From contig CAYYMZ010000001.1 in the NCBI GenBank assembly GCA_964473025.1, forward strand, positions 24,163-88,162: DNA of 64,000 nt, in the 5' to 3' direction. This DNA is from an uncultured Candidatus Saccharibacteria bacterium. Lineage in GTDB: Bacteria; Patescibacteriota; UBA1384; DTJR01. Of the stretch, positions 60,486-64,000 are shown in pieces (the stretch's first letter is position 1; the number at the start of each line of letters is the position of its first letter). The position numbers and the translations under genes were made by a program. A model generated the notes under the pieces. That model had not been told where the DNA came from, ran no database searches, and saw nothing but the letters and a program-made list of their open reading frames with translations.

Positions 60486-60613
60486 GTTAATAATTTAAAA
60501 TTAAAAATGCAAAATTAAAAATTAAGATTTTGGACAAACCCTATCTCCTTTTGTCCTTCTTGTCCAGTTAATATCTGATTGTCAAACAAATCTAAACCTG
60601 TTATCATCGGCTT

Positions 60614-61711
60614 ATGTCATTATCAATCGGAATTGTGGGGCTGCCAAACGTCGGGAAATCGACGATTTTTAATGCACTCGTCAAATCGGAGCTCGCCGAA
60701 GCGGCAAATTATGCCTTTACAACGATTGATCCGAATGTTGGGGTGGTTGAGGTACCGGACGAACGGTTAAAAAAACTAGCAGAAGTTGAAAAATCAGACC
60801 GCATTGTGCCCGCAACGGTAAAATTTGTCGATATCGCGGGATTAATTGCAGGTGCGCATAAGGGGGAGGGGTTAGGAAATAAATTTTTATCGCATATCCG
60901 CGAGGTTGACGCAATTGCGATGGTGGTGCGGCTCTTTTCAAACAAAGACGTGATGCACGTTGCGGACAAAATGGATCCGAAAGATGATATTGTAACAATT
61001 ATGCTGGAACTTGTTTTGTCTGACTCGGAAACGCTGGGCAAAAAGCTATTTGCGGCCGAAAAAGACGCCAAAACAGGTTCAAAGGTTGCTACGGCACAAT
61101 TGGAAATTTATAAAAAAATCGAAAAATGTTTCGAGCAAAACAGACCGGCGATAGAGGCAAATTTGAACGATGTGGAAAAGGATTTAGTTGATGAAGCGAA
61201 TTTTTTAACCTTAAAACCGTTTCTATACGTTTTTAACGTCGATGAGGATGTGGCAACAGAATTACCGGAAGATTTAGTTGAAGAATTTGGACTAAAAAAT
61301 TTGGTCCAACCGGAGGGAGCAGTTGTTATCTCAGCCAAAATTGAGTCAGAACTGCCCAAATTAAACGAAACCGAACAAGAGATATTTTTGCAGGATTTAG
61401 GGCTGGATGAACCCGGATTAAACCGTCTTGCCAAAGCGGCCTATAAAACCTTAAATCTCATCCCGTTTTTTACCGCCGGGCCGATGGAAGCGCGGGCTTG
61501 GACGGTTAAAAAGGGAGATAGGGCACCACAGGCGGCGGGAAAAATCCACACAGATTTTGAAAATAAATTTATCAAGGCCGAAGTGGTCAATTTTAACGAT
61601 TTTGTTGCACTCGGGGGCTGGACTAAAACAAAGGAAGCGGGGAAGGCGAGGTTAGAGGGCAAGACCTATGAGATCAAAGACGGGGATGTGGTATTTATTC
61701 ACCACGGATAG
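60614..61711 (+). CDS. ychF: Redox-regulated ATPase YchF
   Basis: GIVGLPNVGKST, DIAGL, GLGNKFL, AAGKIHTDF, DGDV. Confidence 0.97.
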   Translation: MSLSIGIVGLPNVGKSTIFNALVKSELAEAANYAFTTIDPNVGVVEVPDERLKKLAEVEKSDRIVPATVKFVDIAGLIAGAHKGEGLGNKFLSHIREVDAIAMVVRLFSNKDVMHVADKMDPKDDIVTIMLELVLSDSETLGKKLFAAEKDAKTGSKVATAQLEIYKKIEKCFEQNRPAIEANLNDVEKDLVDEANFLTLKPFLYVFNVDEDVATELPEDLVEEFGLKNLVQPEGAVVISAKIESELPKLNETEQEIFLQDLGLDEPGLNRLAKAAYKTLNLIPFFTAGPMEARAWTVKKGDRAPQAAGKIHTDFENKFIKAEVVNFNDFVALGGWTKTKEAGKARLEGKTYEIKDGDVVFIHHG

Positions 61712-61715
61712 CGCT

Positions 61716-61859
61716 CGGGTATCTTGCTCTCTCGGCACGCGTCATCTCATCCAGCGATGAGATGCGCTCAAACCTCGGCTTCACGGCCCCCCTATGGGGG
61801 AACCATGCCCGCTCGCCTGCGGACGGCGTCGAGAGCAACCACCCTCGCTCGGATATTCG
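61716..61859. repeat. Multi-hairpin palindromic element downstream of ychF
   Basis: TTGCTCTC...GAGAGCAA enclosing CATCTCAT/ATGAGATG and CCCCC/GGGGG stems. Confidence 0.6.
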
Positions 61860-61917
61860 AATTAAATTTTGTCTTGTAAAATTTTCTTGCTATAATTAAA
61901 CTAAATCAAGGAGGAGT

Positions 61918-62685
61918 ATGGTTGATAGTGCAAAGCCTTTAGGACAAGAACCAGGGGGCGGGTTACCGCCGGCAGAAGCAGCACCAGTTGAAGTGCCAGT
62001 TGATGGTGCGCCACAAGAAGCAGCACCAGCCGCTGTACCAGTAGAGCCAGCGCCAGCGGAAATAGCGCCAGATGATCTAGGTCCTGCCCAACAAGCGGTT
62101 GGAGAAGCGGCTGCGGCTGAGGAAGTTGTGCCTGCCACCAAACCTGCGCCAATAGAAGCCTCTGCAAAAAGTCCGGAAGATCTTTCAAGAATGGTAGCTG
62201 GGGATGAACACGAAAATCTGGAGAATTCGTTGGTCGGTGATCAAGGGCCAAATCCTGAAGAAGTTTTGCCAGGGCAAGAAGAAGCGATAACGGGTGGGAT
62301 AGAACCTGACATATACAGTCCCGATCCGCTCGTTCCAGAGCAAAAACCCGCAGCGGCAGCGGTACCCGCGGAACCGGTTACTGCTCAGCCACCTGCCGCG
62401 GAACCAGTTGCGCCTCAGTCGCCTGCCACAAAAGACGTCACACCTCTGAACCCATCATACAGGGTTGAATCTGAAGAGACAGAGGGGGATCGTCTAAGGA
62501 GAGAAATTAGTGAATTAACAGAACAAATGGCTGAAATTGAAAGAAAAAGGGATGTGATTAAGCCTCAAGCTGATGAATACGATAGATTGACCGAAGAGTT
62601 GAAAACCGTATATGCGAAATTTGATGGAAAGTGGAAGGAATTCGAAGCTTCGCCTGAATCAAAGAAAAATAGTCAGGTGGGATAA
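61918..62685 (+). CDS. Acidic Pro/Ala/Glu-rich protein with C-terminal coiled coil
   Basis: SD AAGGAGGAG; low-complexity N-terminus. Confidence 0.7.
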   Translation: MVDSAKPLGQEPGGGLPPAEAAPVEVPVDGAPQEAAPAAVPVEPAPAEIAPDDLGPAQQAVGEAAAAEEVVPATKPAPIEASAKSPEDLSRMVAGDEHENLENSLVGDQGPNPEEVLPGQEEAITGGIEPDIYSPDPLVPEQKPAAAAVPAEPVTAQPPAAEPVAPQSPATKDVTPLNPSYRVESEETEGDRLRREISELTEQMAEIERKRDVIKPQADEYDRLTEELKTVYAKFDGKWKEFEASPESKKNSQVG

Positions 62686-63284
62686 TGCCAACAATTGAAA
62701 TTTTATACATAACCTTAATCGTCGCGATCGTGGTCATAACCGTCACGGTTGTTTGGCTGTCAAACGACCTGCGCGGATTAATCAGGTCATTGCGCCACTC
62801 CGCCGAAGATACCGGAAAAGTAACACATGAAATAAGAGAGAAGGTGTTGATGGTTTCTGAGGCACTGGATCGTGCCGGTGCGGCCGCATCGTCGATTATC
62901 GGTATGATCGAAAACGCAATCGAAGAGATTAAAGGAAAAAGAGACGCCATCGTTTCGAGCATCGGCCTATTATCCGGTGCCGGCAGGGCGATTAAAGAAC
63001 GTCGCGCGGCCAAGGTTGAAGAAGATCCGGACGAAGATGAGGATGAGGAAGAGGAAGAAGTTGAAATGCCGGTAAAGAAAGAAACAAAATTGGCCAAAGA
63101 ATCGAAAAAAGATGATTCAAAGCCATCGGTTGACTCTGTTGCCAAGCCAAAGCAGGCTGAGCCAAAAAAAGAATTAAAAAAAGAAGATCAGCCCAAGGCC
63201 GACCAGCCGCAGGCTGGAAAATCTGAAACCCCAAAAAAAGAAGAGGAAGAACCCGAAGGTAAAGAAGAAGAGACCGACCTGTAG
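62685..63284 (+). CDS. DUF948-like membrane-anchored protein with a charged tail
   Basis: N-terminal TM, amphipathic helices, E/K-rich tail; TAATG coupling. Confidence 0.65.
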   Translation: MPTIEILYITLIVAIVVITVTVVWLSNDLRGLIRSLRHSAEDTGKVTHEIREKVLMVSEALDRAGAAASSIIGMIENAIEEIKGKRDAIVSSIGLLSGAGRAIKERRAAKVEEDPDEDEDEEEEEVEMPVKKETKLAKESKKDDSKPSVDSVAKPKQAEPKKELKKEDQPKADQPQAGKSETPKKEEEEPEGKEEETDL

Positions 63285-63389
63285 TCCCAACACCCTTTGC
63301 GGTGCCGAGCTATTTAAGTTTTTTAAATTAGTGTTAGTTTTAAACTGTTATGAACTTGCGAAAATCCTCAGCTAAAAGGGTGTTAGGGG
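63284..63389. repeat. Segment bounded by CCCAACACCCTTT-type inverted repeats
   Basis: GTCCCAACACCCTTT (63284-63298) ... AAAGGGTGTTAGGGG (63375-63389). Confidence 0.75.
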
Positions 63390-64000
63390 TGTCTTTTTTT
63401 ATTATCGCTGTTTTGGTGACCGGCGCTTTTTTGATTACCAAATATTTTTTATCTAAAGAAGCAGTAACCGACAGGGAGAAAGACGCCTTGCCGAGTGCCG
63501 TCGCGTTGACTCAAATAAAAACGACGTCGCCCCAAGTAACCAAGACGACGATTCCGGATGAAATAAACTTTGATGTTCCTTTTACATCACAGGCGCCCAA
63601 TGCTAATTGGGACCGCACCCATGAGGAGGCCTGTGAGGAAGCGGCCATTTTGATGGCTGAGAGATATTTTGCGAGACGGCAAATTACCTCGCCGATCGAT
63701 GCCGAAGCTGGTTTGCAGGAAATTATTGCGTGGGAAAATCAGAATTTGGGATTTTTTGAGTCAACCACGGCCGAGGAAACGGTGCGAATTATCCGCGAGA
63801 TGTTTGACCTACAGGCACAAATTGTCACAAACCCGTCCGTCGACGAGATAAAAGCGGCTTTAGCGGATAATAAATTAGTTTTAGTCCCTTCCGCCGGACG
63901 CGAAATCGGCAATCCGTTTTATACTGCCCCGGGACCGCTCTACCATATGTTACTGCTCAAGGGTTATACTAAAACTCAATTTATTACCAACGATGCTGGG
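63350..64000 (+). CDS. C39-like peptidase, membrane-anchored (runs off the window end)
   Basis: My translation from ATG 63350: TM helix, VPFTSQAP, EACEEA, YHMLLLKGY, ITNDAG; absent from the ORF track because there is no stop in the window. Confidence 0.85.
   Translation, partial: MNLRKSSAKRVLGVSFFIIAVLVTGAFLITKYFLSKEAVTDREKDALPSAVALTQIKTTSPQVTKTTIPDEINFDVPFTSQAPNANWDRTHEEACEEAAILMAERYFARRQITSPIDAEAGLQEIIAWENQNLGFFESTTAEETVRIIREMFDLQAQIVTNPSVDEIKAALADNKLVLVPSAGREIGNPFYTAPGPLYHMLLLKGYTKTQFITNDAG

Overview
This 64 kb window is chromosomal DNA from a small-genome bacterium. Gene content (archaeal-type AspRS, tRNA-Arg(GCG), CPR-style hypotheticals) suggests Patescibacteria/CPR, which is inference; genes end in TGA, so the genetic code is standard. 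1-23.8 kb is a surface-glycan locus: Wzt ABC ATPase, several methyltransferases, GT4/GT2/GT-C glycosyltransferases and sugar-nucleotide enzymes. The rest holds housekeeping genes (aspS, valS, trpS, groES/groEL, a Xer recombinase, ychF), four tRNAs, an HTH-Doc toxin-antitoxin pair and several GC-rich orphan islets, several with their own promoter, strong SD and terminator. The most striking unexplained element is a ~750-nt GC-rich, multi-hairpin region (53.95-54.70 kb) with no credible ORF, a near-consensus sigma70 promoter and a terminator: a candidate large structured ncRNA carrying repeated anti-SD motifs. Other highlights are an ASCH-like domain inserted in ValRS between perfect 23-bp direct repeats, a palindromic element family inserted in frame in three proteins, a synonymously diverged duplicate of the aspS 3' end, and pervasive heptamer-period repeats. 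All calls come from reading the sequence and recalling motifs; no searches or folding programs were run.
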